Positions 1 through 12,518 of a DNA stretch of 64,000 bases are shown here, piece by piece. Every line of letters starts with the position of its first letter. Position 1 is the first letter of the stretch. Below the pieces are notes generated by a model. It did not search any database, was not told where the DNA came from, and worked only from the letters and a program-made list of their open reading frames with translations. The position numbers were made by a program, and so were the translations under genes. The DNA is from Azolla caroliniana (Eukaryota; Plantae; Polypodiophyta): assembly GCA_043228905.1 (NCBI GenBank), contig JBHGNT010000004.1:17980001-18044000 (forward strand), read 5' to 3'.

Positions 1-49
1 AAGCAAAAAAGAGGTTCCACCACCAAACAAAGAAAAGAAAAGAAAGAAA

Positions 50-324
50 GTTGATGTCCCACCATCATTATCCAAAAAAAAGTTTGCTAAATACCACTAA
101 TTTAAAGTCACAAATAAGCCTTAAAAGCTTGCATTTAGTCACTCCGGTCTAAAGAATAGGAAACAAAGGCTCCACATACCTTTTGTTTTTTGGTTGTGAT
201 AGAGAGAAATTAAGTTGATGTCCCACCATCATTATCCAAAAAGCTTGCTAAATACCACTAATTTAAAGTCCCAAATAAGCATTAAAGCTTGCATTTAGTC
301 ACCTCCGGCTTAAAGAATAGGAAA
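50..324 (+). repeat. ~115-bp direct repeat pair in the CYP intron
   Basis: gttgatgtcccaccatcattatcc...aaagaataggaaac occurs at ~50-164 and ~214-324. Confidence 0.8.
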
Positions 325-718
325 CCCTTTTCTTTTATTTGTTGGCTATTGAAAATTAGATTTAGAAAGCTCAAAATAAAAAAGAGAGCTTCCTATTTTG
401 TGGGAAACAGAGGAGATTGTAACTTTACTTTAAGCTACCAAAGTTATGACATCTTTTAAACGTTTTTTTGGGAGACATAGGCCAAAGAATTCGAACAAAT
501 TTTCTTGTTTTTTTTTTGCATAGATCAACTAAACAAACCTTCATGTTTTAATCTTAGGAGAATTGGTGGAATATAGTTTTAGTGGATCTTGTATGATATA
601 AAAAAAGAAAGCATGGTTTTGATTGAAATAAAAAATACACTTACTCATCCATCATTTGTTTTTGTATGTATTCTGATTGAAGTTTTTCTCCTGTTGTGGG
701 ATGTTCTATATGAGGTAG

Positions 719-2260
719 AGAGTGGATCTGCTCTCCCGTTTCATGACCCTCTCCAATGAAGAAGGGGTGCCTTACAGTGACAAGCAGCTCAGGGATGTGG
801 TGATCAATTTCATCATAGCAGGAAGAGATACAACTGCCCTCACTCTAAGCTGGCTTTTCTCGATGCTAGCCAAGAGTCCACACGTTGTCGACAACATAGT
901 GAAAGAGGCAGATAAGATCATAAGTGACATGAAGGAATGTAGCCAAGTGAATGGTAACCATGTAGGATGCAATGATGTCGAGATGGGTGGTTTCTTCCAG
1001 AATCACGATAGTCGCCTTTCAGAAGATATGATCGAGTTCGCTCGGTTGCTCAATTATCAGGCACTTAACCGGATGCACTATTTGCATGCCGCGATTACGG
1101 AGGCATTACGGCTCTATCCTGCAGTGCCCCTTGTAAGTTCAAACACACACTATACATATAACCTTTGTGGCCATTTCTTTTTGTTTTGTTTTGTTTTTGT
1201 TTAACCAAAGGGATATGGGCATATAATGAAATACATGGGGACAATTGGGGACATTCATTCCAATGTTGATGACAATGAGCTCATTGATTCTCTCTTTTTT
1301 TTTATCTTTGTGATGCCAGGAATCCAAAATTGCCGTGTCCAATGATGTGCTCCCCGACGGCACCAAGATCAAAGCGGGGAATTTTGTGAGCTACTCTCCT
1401 TATGCAATGGGAAGATTGGAATCTTTATGGGGTGGCGATGCCTTTGAGTTCAAGCCCGAGAGATGGCTCAAGGATGGTGTATTTCAGCCCACATCCCCCT
1501 TCAAACTCACAGCATTCCAGGTTAACACATTCAATTCAATTCAAATGATTTCTAATCGACCACACCATTAGTCTCTCGGAAAAAGTTTCTTTTAAAAAGG
1601 GTGTTTCAGCTGTAATTCCTCCATAATAGCCTCAAAAACTCTTTGACTTGTTTTCCATGTGGGAATGATCCCACCATCCTTCCATGTTTGTTCCTAATCT
1701 GCAATTTGTGGGAATCTTATTTGGGGGATGACTAAAGTTTCTCATAAATTGTATGTTTTCTCACCCAAATGAACTTGAACAACAAAACCCTTATGTTTCT
1801 CTCTATATAGTGTTCCAACATCTCATGCTATTCATCAAATATCTGGACCTATATAGCAAACCTCCCCATCCACAATGGCTTGCATATATTGGAAAGTCTT
1901 TATTGCAAACCCTCTAGCTTCCCTATCATTGATTGTGTTTTGAACATCATGTGATTTCCATATTCCATCCTAGCATTTTCATTCGATTTGGGTTGGTTTG
2001 AATATAAATTGTCACTGATAATGGTGTTTTGATGAAAAATGAACTAACAACTAGTTTATGCCAATTGTAATCTTACAATGCAGGCAGGACCCAGAATTTG
2101 CATCGGCAAGGATTCTGCCTATCTCCAGATGAAAATGACAACATGTCTGTTATTGAAGTTCTTCTCTTTCAAGCTAGTGGAAGGCCAATCACTCAAGTAT
2201 AGTATGATGGTTGTCTTATACATGGCTCATGGTCTCAAGACTTCAGTCTCTTTGAGATGA
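719..2260 (+). CDS. CYP704B: Cytochrome P450, CYP86 clan, CYP704B-like fatty-acid omega-hydroxylase (last three exons; 5' exons lie upstream of the window)
   Basis: Exons 719-1132, 1320-1520 and 2084-2260 are joined by GT-AG phase-0 introns. Motifs: I-helix AGRDTT, K-helix EALR, PERW, and heme-binding FQAGPRICIGKDSAYLQMK, which is typical of CYP704. Confidence 0.9.
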
Positions 2261-3062
2261 GATAGAGATAAACATTATATATATAGCCTCTTCTATATTA
2301 TATGACTCTCTATCTCTCACATGGCCTCAAGTAACATTAGAAACTATACATGGAAATACTATATAGCTTTTGCCAATTGTGTGTACATCAAATTCGAATC
2401 CAAGAGATGTAAGTATTCATTATTATTATTATTATTGATTTTCTCTGATTGCTATCCAAAGTTGTAGCTCCAAACAAGGATCTCTATAAGATGTGAATCC
2501 TGAAATAAGATGTGAATCCCTATTATCAAATATATGAAATATCTTTATATATCATGGACCACTAAGGTCATGTATTTCTTTGTTCTTGTCACTAGATAAA
2601 AACTATGGTGGTTCATGTTAATACCATGAAACAATTGGTGTAATTAAGGCTATGCACGTGGGAAAAGTATTTGTAACTAATCAAATTGTTTGTATGACTT
2701 GTGATTACGTTATGCTATTTAAACCTCCATGATGGGTATTGTAAACTTGTTGTACATTAGCATTCGTGGTATTTGGTACCTAGCTTGATGAACTAGTCAT
2801 TACTTCTCCAATGAGTTTGTTTGGATGGACTTTTCGTATTATGAAATCTTCTATACCACATATCCCAATCATCTTCTATTGTTGGTTTCATGCAAGCATT
2901 TCCCTACCTATTGCATTGATAAGCTTGGTTCATCCTCGTAGTAGAGAGTTTCTCTATAGTATTTTACTAATCAAGGCATCAATTTTGTGAGTGACTTTTT
3001 TGTTAATGTTTCATTGTGGGCATTTTTTGGATTCGAACTCATGATCAATAAGTCGCAAACTT

Positions 3063-3403
3063 CCTTTCAAGACATAATTAGTTGACCATCCACTTAAAAG
3101 TCCCTAGACATGGTGTTGTGTGAAGTCGCATGCTTATGCTACTCGAACGAGACCATGGGGAACTTGAACCAGGGAGGACATCATGTCATGTGAGAAGACT
3201 TTAAACCCCTTATCTGGGTTGCGTTGTGTGACTTCTCTTCGTGATATTGCCCTTTGAGACATAGTTAGTTGAACATCCACTAAAGTCCCTAAACATGGTG
3301 TTCATGGAGACTTGTGCTTGTGTTACTTGAGCAAGACCATGGGGAACTTGACATCATGTCAAAGAGACTTTAAACCCCTTCGCGGGTTGCATTGTGTGAC
3401 TTT
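3063..3403 (+). repeat. Diverged tandem duplication (~190-bp unit)
   Basis: gacata.ttagttga.catccact.aaagtccct...gactttaaacccctt...gggttgc.ttgtgtgactt occurs twice. Confidence 0.75.
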
Positions 3404-3482
3404 CAAGTGCAATGATTTGATGCTAGTCAAAGTGCTTTTTGTCATTGAAGGCTTGACATTTGAGTTGGGGGTAGCTATGGGC

Positions 3483-3750
3483 TGTTAACTTTTTGGCCCA
3501 TTCTTTATCCCACATAGTTTGGGGAGGTGGTTTGGAAGTTATAAATACGCTCCTCTTCCTCTTCGTTTTGCACCCTTAATTTTCAAATTGTATTCTTCTC
3601 TCCCAACCTTAATAGAGCATGTTGTTTTGGAGGACGTAGGCTTAATTGGCCAAACCTCGATAAATTCTCGTGTTGTTTTCTCTCTCATTCTTACTCTATC
3701 TAATAACATTATTCTCGGTTATATATTGTTATATCGAGGTTTCCACAACA
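3483..3750 (+). repeat. Copia-1 5' LTR
   Basis: tgttaac...acaaca, contains TATA (ttataaata), followed by the PBS. Confidence 0.88.
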
Positions 3751-5721
3751 ATTGGTATTCAAGCCAAGGTTTTGTCTGAGTATGCTATGTGGTCACAACT
3801 TTGTCTGATCTTCCACATCAGAAAAGAATCATGGTCAAGGTTCCCAGTGTATAGTTTGAAACTGGCACTAGAAATATTTGATGGTACTAGCCATTTCGGC
3901 ATGTGACAAGAAGAGGTTCTAGACTCTCTTTTTCAATAGGGTCTTGATATTGCTATTGAAGAAGGTAAACCAAAAGAGGTAGAAGATAGAGATTGGAGCA
4001 TCATTAATCGGTTGACATGCGGAACAATTCGATTATGCCTGTCCCAAGAGCAGAAGTATGCTTTCAAGAATGAGACTTTTGCACACAAATTGTGGAGGGC
4101 ATTGGAGGGCAAATTTCAAAAAAAAAGTAGTCAAAATAAGCCCCTTATGAAGAAGAGGTTGTTTTGATTTGACTACAAACCAATTACTACTATGAATGAA
4201 CACATCACTATGTTTAATCAATTAGTAGCAGACCTGTTGAGTTTAGATGTTAAATTTGAGGATGAGGATCTAGCTTTGATGTTGTTATCATCTCTTCTCA
4301 ATGAATTTGAACATTTGGAACCTACATTACTTCATGAGAAAGAGAATGTGTCGTTAGATGCAATTCTTTTTGCTTTATATAGTCATGAATTGAGAAAGCA
4401 GGATAATATGATAACCAAATCAACGACATCAGAAGAAGCATTGGTGGCAAGAGATCATCAACAAAGCCATACTAAGGGGAGAAGAGGAAGGTTAAAATCA
4501 AAAGGCCGAGGCATTGCCAAAGATGAGTGTGCTTTCTGTCATAAGAAAGGGCATTGGAAGAAAGACTGTCTGCAATTGAAGAGGAAAGGGAAGAGTCCAC
4601 AAGATGCAAATGTTGCAGAATGCAGTGACACAGAATCATATACTTCCTTAGTAGTTATGCCTTTGATGTCAACACATCTAGATGAGTGGATTTTTTTTCA
4701 AGTTGTACCTATCATATGTGTCCTATTCAATCATGGTTGTTTGAATTTTAGGAAGTTGATGGTGGGGTTGTTTACATGGGTAATGATCATCCATGTAAAA
4801 CAACTGGGATAGGTTCGATCAAGTTGCGCAATCATGATGGAACCACAATAATTTTGAGGGATGTGCGGTACATGCCAAAGTTGAAGAAGAATCTCATCTC
4901 ATTAGGGGCTCTTGAATATAAGGGCCTAGTTGTGAGGATGCGAGATGGAGTTCTTAAGGAAACTTTAGGAGTATTGGTGATGTTAAAAGGTGTAAGGAAG
5001 AACAATTTGTACTATTACCAAGGTAAAATAGTGGTGGGGACAATGGCACTCATATGTGTGGGGACTTGCCAAGACTCCATCCATCAGAGGTAGGCATTAT
5101 TTTGTAACTTTTGTTGATGATTTATCCAGGAGAGTTTGGGTGTATACGATGAAGAACAAGAATGATGTGCTTGGAGTTTTCTTTAAGTGGAAAGATCAAG
5201 TGAAATCCATACAAGAAGAAAGATCAAAGTTCACCGAATAGACAATGGTAGAGAATACAAGGGTGATCCATTTTTGGAAGTATTCTTGTCAAAACCAAGA
5301 ATAAAAGATAGAGTGATGGAAGAAGGATATAAGAGAACACGAGAAGAAAGGAACGGAATGCTAAGAGAAGAATGGGTGTATTAAGATAGAGAAAGAAAGA
5401 GAATGGATACAAGATATGTAATGAGAGCTAAAGACTGGTGTTGATTTGAATTGATTTGAGAATACATGTATGCCCTTATTTATAGGTTCCTATAGAATAG
5501 CTTAGAGATTTCTATAATGTTGTAGACCTAGAATGTTCTAGGATATTCTAGAACATTATAGAATGATCTGGAGTTTTTACAGTAATCAATCTAATATAAA
5601 AAGTAGCTTTTATCTTCTCATATGACAATAAGCTATCTTAATGGTTGAGGTTTTCAATTATGGATTACAAGGTTCGAGGTTCAAGTTCGGGTGACGCCAT
5701 AATGGTCATGTGTTCATGACA

Positions 5722-6009
5722 CTATCCCTCCTTCGAGAACGCCGAGTGGAATTCAGCGTTAACATTGTTTGGGTAGTAGCGATTGAAGTCGTCGACAAGA
5801 GCTTGAGCATTACAAATGTTATCGACAAGTTCCCAAGTGCGATCACGCAAAGGATGGCCAAGCCAATCAACTAGATAATAAAGCTTATTGCGCACAATCT
5901 TAGAATCCAGAATAGCAGCTACCTCGTATTCAGGGCCGTCAACCAGTTGGATAGAAGGCAATGGTGGTACAACACGATTAGGAATTAAAGAGGTGCGGCA
6001 AGGTTCCAA
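5722..6009 (-). pseudogene. Integrase C-terminal chromodomain
   Basis: YEVAAILDSKIVRNKLYYLVDWLGHPLRDRTWE chromodomain pattern. Confidence 0.85.
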
Positions 6010-6569
6010 AAGAGAGCTATGAAAGATTGGGTGAGCCGCATATGTGCATGAAGGTTAAGACGAAATGTTGCATCATTAATCCGTGTTGTGATGACAAAAG
6101 GACCTAAGCATTGATAATCGAGCTTAGCACATGGGCGGGTAGTCTTGATGTGATGGCGAAGCAACCATACTCGATCACCAACCTTAAAAGGAGACTTAAG
6201 AAGATGCCGATCGGCATTGGTCTTATGGTGTGCTTGCGCTTTTTGAAGATGTGAAGATAACTCAAACTGGATTTGTTGTAGTCGGTGGAGGTTATGCGCC
6301 GGACTAGGGTTTCGTGACACCTCAGGGAGATCCAAGATACACCATCGAGGGTGGTTGTCAGTGTAGGCAAAGAAAGGTGTAACTTTGGTAGAAGAGTGTA
6401 CCGTGTTGTTGTATGCAAACTCGGCAAGATGTAAAATATTGTTGCAATCATCTTGTTGATAATTGATGAAGCATCGAAGATATTGCTCGAGTGTTTCATT
6501 TGTGTGCCTAGTTTGTCCGTCAATTTATGGATGATAAGCTGAAGAGAGTTTGTAGGAGATTTTGAGGCC

Positions 6570-8552
6570 AGCCTGTTACAGGCATGACCATATAATATCC
6601 CGTGGTGAGAATTTACCGTAGTATTCTTTACACTCTCGTTTAGTTCTTCACGAAATCAATTACTTATCTTGGAGATCTCATAACCGAACGAGGAGTTGAA
6701 ATTGATCCTTCTCGCATCGAGAAAATCAAGCTTTGGCCCACTCTTTGGAATATTCAAGAAGTTCGATCATTCCTTGGTTTTGTCGGGTTTTTGCGAAAAT
6801 CCCTTCGTAATTACTCTCAATTGACGATGCCGTTTACTGATCTTCTAAAAGGTCAAATGCGTAAGTCTACAAAACCTATTGTCTAGAATGCAACACTAAA
6901 CCTCGCCTTTAAGGAACTCAAGGACCTGGTGTGCAAGGCTCCTTCACTTCTTTTACCTGATCCTTCAAAACCTTTTGAGGTCGAAACCACGGCAGCCCAC
7001 AGGCTGCAAACTGTCACTATGTAAGAATGTACAAAACAGTGAGTTCATGGAGGCAACGACCTCGGACTCACAATCTTCGTCACAGGCGGCGGTTACAACA
7101 GAGGCAACGACCTCTTTCTCTCTCTCTCTCTCTGTACAACGTTACGTACTCTCTCTTCTTCTTGCACCAACAAGAAGAATGACAACAACAACAACAGTAT
7201 GTATATATCTCACTACATATTTGCCCTAAGTCATATTTATACTAATATGACTTTTCGGCTATTTACAAATATAGCCACAATGGGCCGGCACTGTTCTTCT
7301 CCCTTCCTATCCGGAGGGACCTGTCTCCCAACATCAATGTCGGTATACCATTCAAGAAAAGGAGTTATTTGCAATTATACATGCGTTCAAAACATGGCGC
7401 CATTATCTTTATGGAAATCGCTTTGTGGTAACTACGAACCACGAGTCCTTGAAAATTTTTTTTGACCAACAAGACCTGAAAGGTCATAAGGCATGATGGG
7501 CTGATCTCATCAGGACTTTGATTTTTCCATACAATATCGTAAAGGTTCCAGAACATTGTCGTTGATGCACTAAGTCGCATCCGTGAAGTTAACATGCTTG
7601 GCTTCACTAAAATAACATCAGATCTTTATGATCACCTTCGAGGAAAGTATCCCGATGACAGTTATTTTGCGAAATATTGAGCAAGAGTTGAGTTTGGAAC
7701 ATACACCACCACATCCTCGAAGGAATACTTCCACATTGCTAACGGTCTGCTCTACCGTAATGGGAAGGTTTGTGTTCCAAATTTGCCTGAGTTCAAAAAG
7801 AGAATTCTTTTTTAATGCCATGATGCACCCTTTGCGGGGCACCCTGGAATACATCATACACTAGTTCTCATCTCCACTCAATTCTATTGGCCTAAGATGC
7901 GCCCTGACATACATAGTTATGTGACTAAATGTCACCAATGTCAGGTTAACAAAATCGAGCGACTTAAGGCCGTAGGTCTTTTACATCCCTTGGACATTCC
8001 CAATAATAAGTGGGAAAGTATATCCATGGATTTTATTGTTAGCCTTCCTCGCACCCAAAAAGTTCATGATGCCATCTAGGTTGTGGTTGATAGACTAACT
8101 AAACTGGCCAGATTTATTGCTACTAAAACCACGATAACAGCTCCTGAATTGGCTTACCAATTCGCTAACGAGTTAAACGAGAGTGTAAAGAAGGGGAGGA
8201 TTACTTTTAATCCTCGGGTTTGAGACAACCCATTAGGCCAAGTGTGAACTTGCTTGGGGGCCTTGGGTATCGTTATAAATAAGAGGCCTAGCTACCCTTT
8301 CATCATCTTTTGACTACGTCGAGACTCTGTTTCGTGGTGGTTCAACTCTTGTAGCGAGCACGCCAGCACTAGGTACAACTCGACACCACGACGGTGGTAT
8401 GGGACGCCGATCGAGGCTTGAGTTCATCTCAATCCCTTTGCTCGGGGGTGGTCGGGTGGATCGGCACCCTTCTTTTTCTCTCTCCTTCCTATCTATCTAT
8501 CTATCATTCTTTTCTCCTTATCATACACTTACATTAGATCATATCTCTAATA
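6570..8552 (+). mobile_element. Mosaic insertion of a second Gypsy (RT-RNaseH-integrase fragments) inside the chromovirus integrase
   Basis: The host frame FWKHLCT|GLKISYKLSSAYHP is interrupted. The plus strand reads KPFEVET, KELFAIIHAFKTWRHYL, DALSR and CHQCQVNK...WESISMDF. A PPT-like aagaaggggagga at ~8188 is followed by an LTR-like stretch. Confidence 0.7.
6989..7290 (-). mobile_element. Solo-LTR-like insertion in the RNaseH fragment
   Basis: ~300 bp non-coding insert between KPFEVET and AVLL. The minus strand starts tgccggc and has a TATA (tataaata) and (GA)n. No clear TSD. Confidence 0.5.
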
Positions 8553-11322
8553 CTGTGCATAGGTGCTTCCAAAAGTGTGAGATAAATTGAGGACCTCGAT
8601 CGCTAATAATATAATTTGGGAGACAATGATGGCGAAACACCACACGCATAATGAGATTTGCAGTTTCTTCATTACAAATGGTCTTTACACACGATACAAA
8701 ATGTGTCATCTTTGTGAACCGATCCACTACTATTAAAATACTATCGAAGCCTTTGGAACGTGGCAAATCCGGAATGAAATGAAATAGATTGCCATGGCTT
8801 CTTGTGTGGTAATGGTTGTAGTAAGCCATAAGGATGATGCCTGGGTATTTTGGCGCGACAACAGGTGTCACATGTGTGAACATAATCTTCGACAAATTTT
8901 TGTACGTGAGGCCACTAAAACGAATGTTTCACCAGCTCAGTGGTCTTGGAAATACCAAAATTTCCAAGCATGGGGGCATCATGACAATGTTCTAATACTT
9001 GAAGTCGGGGTGATCCATCACGGACGTAAAGGAGGTTCTTGTAGAAGAGTGAGCCATCTTGCCACTTGAAGGCCTAATAATGTTGAGATGACCCTTTCAA
9101 TGTGGAGCAAGATGGACGGCTTGAACCAGTGTGGGCTAAGACATCCTTAGCGAAATCATCAAAGTGAAGTTGTTGCCGAATAGTGCCAAGAAGGCTAGAA
9201 TCAAGTGGCGTGGCATAAATTGTTGTTGCTTGTAGCTTTGATGGCCCGAGGAGAATTTGCTTTTGATTGTCAAAGACCAGATCTCCAAGTCGAAGATCTA
9301 GATACGAACGCCGAGACAAAGCATTTGCTTTCCCTTTTTGTTTTCCTGGCCGAAAAATGATCTTGAAATCAAAACACGTTAAAAATTGGGCCCATCGAGC
9401 CTGTCGTCTATTTAATGCTTGAGCTATTTGAAAATATGTGAGATTTTTGTGATCACTATAAATGATAATCTGATGAGGCGATCCTTCTAGAAAATGATGC
9501 TATTGCTCGAATGAGTCAACCACACCTAGTAACTCCTTGTCATGCACCCCATAGTTTATCTCCGAAACAATAAATTTTTTCGAGTGAAACACGACTGGAT
9601 GAGTCTACCCGTCCTCGCCTAGTTGCGATAGGATACTCCCCAATGCGAAGTCTGATGCATCCGCCTCAATAGTAAATGGCTTTTCAGGATCAATATGCGC
9701 TACGATAGGTGCTGATGTGAATGCATCTTTCAGCTGAGTAAAAGCCTTGTCCGCTTCGATACTTCAAAAAAATGCTTGATTTTTCTTGGTGAGTTGGGTG
9801 AGGTGCAACACAATGCTTGAATAATTACGTATGAATTTGCGATAGAAGTTCGCAAATCTGAGGAAACACCGGACGTCCCAAACTAATCATGGGAGTTTCC
9901 ATTCCAATATTGTTTGGACTTTTGCCAGATCCATGAAAATACCCTTGGATGAAATAGTGTATCCCAAAAATTTGACTTGTTTGCAATCAAAAGTGCATTT
10001 CTCAAGTTTGGCATAAAGACCATACTTTCTTAGGCGTTCAAGTACTTTCTGTACATGTATATCATGCTCCTCCTATGTTTTAGAGTAAATCAACATATCA
10101 TTTAGGTAGATGATGAGAAAGATATCCAAGAAATCCCGGAAAATGTCATTTGCCATATGTTGAAATACTATGGGTGCATTTGTGAGCCCGAAAGGCATGA
10201 TTGTATACTCGAAATGACCATACAGAGTACGAAATGCAGTTTTCCACTCATCTCCCAATCGAATTCGAACAAGATTATATGCACCCCTTAGATCAATTTT
10301 GGTAAAATGCTTTGCCTCACCAATGCGTTCTAAGAGACTGGAGATTAAAGGTAGAGCATACCTATTCCTTATGGTGACTTTATTTAAGCCTCGATAGTCC
10401 ACGACCAAACGAAGGGAGCCATCCTTTTTCTTCACAAAAAAGATAGGAGCACCAACTAGAGACTTTGAATGTTGAATAAACCCATGTGCAAGATTTTCCT
10501 CGATGTATTCTCAAAGAACCTCAAGCTCAGTGGGTGATAAATTGTAAATCAGACCCCACGGTAGCTCTTTTCCTAGTTGGAGATCAATAGGACAGTCATA
10601 CGACCGATGCTTTAGAAGAACACTAGCTTTGACTTTGTCGAAAACATTAGCATAGTCTTGATATTTTTTGGGAATTTGGATGTGTGAATTCCCTTGAGTG
10701 ACACTAGAAGGTGTCACTGATACTGCAAATAAGAAAAGGTCCTCCTTGCCTCCAACTTGTTGCAATTGTTGCAATGTGATGGTTGAAATTTGATGAAAAG
10801 GAGATGGTGCATTGGTAGAACTATATTCTTCAAGAGAATAATCTTGAGTTCGATCCTTGGCAATGATATTTTCTACTAAAGGGCACCAAATTTCTCGCTT
10901 CCTCCAATCAATTCTAGGGTTATGTAACTCGAACCATGGCAAACCGAGGACAATTGGATGCTCAGGACTACGGATTATGTTAAAGGAAACTACACATCCT
11001 AAATCACGTAAGAGTATGTGTATTGGCTCAGACTCCACGAATATCTTCCTAGAAGCTATGGGACGTCCATCAATCACTACTACGGAAACTGGACAAGGAA
11101 GTGTATGCAAGGATATTTGGTGTTTTTGGGCAAAATCTCTATCCATGAAACAAGAATTGGCTCTAGTATCTAAGAGGGCTTGGACTTGAAGTTGACAACT
11201 CGGTGTCCTAACTTGTACTTGGGCTGAGAAGACTATACTAACATGCTTGGAAGAAATGGAACCCACACTAAGTTGTACATATCTAGGGTTGTCCAACCAA
11301 ATGGCTCCTATTTTGGCCAGAC

Positions 11323-12306
11323 TTATTCGTTTGAGTCCTCTTCTAATTGGCTTAGGACTTCAAACTTATTGGACAAGGATAGATTATTCATAATATTAGA
11401 TTCACTAACTGCTCCTAAAATGTTGGACTCGTTTTTATTGTCATAGTGAATTTGATTTACCTGACGTCTCGGCCTACGGGAGCAATGAATAGCTATATGT
11501 CCTGGACCTCCGCAATATAAGCACAGACAGTTTGCACGACGTTGTTGCTTCTCTTCGTCCGACAACGGTCCTCGTTGTTGAGTAATATCGATCTCCATGG
11601 GTGTAGGATTATCCATTAGGATTGGACTACTCGTTGTTTGCCTTGGGGATGATTGCATCGTTACTGATGCATAAGTTGGTGTGAATCTTGATCTTGTTAT
11701 TTGTTGTTGTCTCTCACATCGACGATCAAAAAGGCGATTATCACACCGTATTGCTCGACTAATAGCTTCTGTAAGTGACCTTGGATCCTCGGGGAAGGTA
11801 AGAAGTAAGTCTTTCACATCACTACGAAGGCCTGAACGGAATTGCTCCATTAGGGCTTGTTCATCCCAAGGAATATCGCTTGCGATGAGACAGAAATTGG
11901 TTGCATATGTCGAAGCTGGCTGATCACCTTGACGTAGTGTAAGAATCTTGTTGATAGTTGTTCTTCCCCCATCGGTATCTCCGAAACAAGCCTTAAATTC
12001 TTTGATAAATTCCTCAGAATTATTCAGTAGAGGAGAATTTGTCTCTAGCAATGGAGCAAACCACGACAACACTATGCCAGTCAATAAGGTGCCCACTAAC
12101 CTAACTCGTAATGCATATGTCGGATAACATGTGGGATGCATTTGAATCACCAACCGTACTTGATTCAAGAAACCTCGGAAATGCGCCCTTGAACCATCAA
12201 ATTTAGCTGGGAGGCTGATTTTGGGTTCCTTGATAAGTCCTTGACCTTCGACCCTTTGTTGTTGTAACACTACGATTGTCGACTCTAATTGTTGAACCTG
12301 TCGCAT
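11323..12306 (-). pseudogene. Gypsy gag ORF (retrotransposon gag plus CCHC knuckle)
   Basis: PKISLPAKFDGSR..., PMEID, CLYCGGPGHIAIHC. Confidence 0.85.
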
Positions 12307-12506
12307 GAACTCCTCTTGTTGTTGCTGCTTCTCTATAGTAACCTTTTGTAGATCCTCAAGTAGACGTTGATTCCTCTACTTCAAGAGATGCGAACTTGGA
12401 TTTAAGATTCTCCATTTCTGCAACAAGGGTGAGATATTCTTTTGAGTTAATGGCGGTCATGGTTTCATGATGGTTACAAAGGAGGATGAGAGAGAGAGAG
12501 GGGGGG

Positions 12507-12518
12507 AATTCGAATCAA
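12507..12518 (-). promoter_or_regulatory. Putative self-priming site (replaces tRNA PBS) of the chromovirus
   Basis: Minus-strand ttgattcgaatt, 2 nt after the 5' LTR, is complementary to LTR 12675-12686. Confidence 0.7.

Noticed and set aside
11297-11330. Programmed -1 frameshift between gag and pol
   Set aside because: Plausible for this lineage, but no intact slippery heptamer is visible in this decayed copy.
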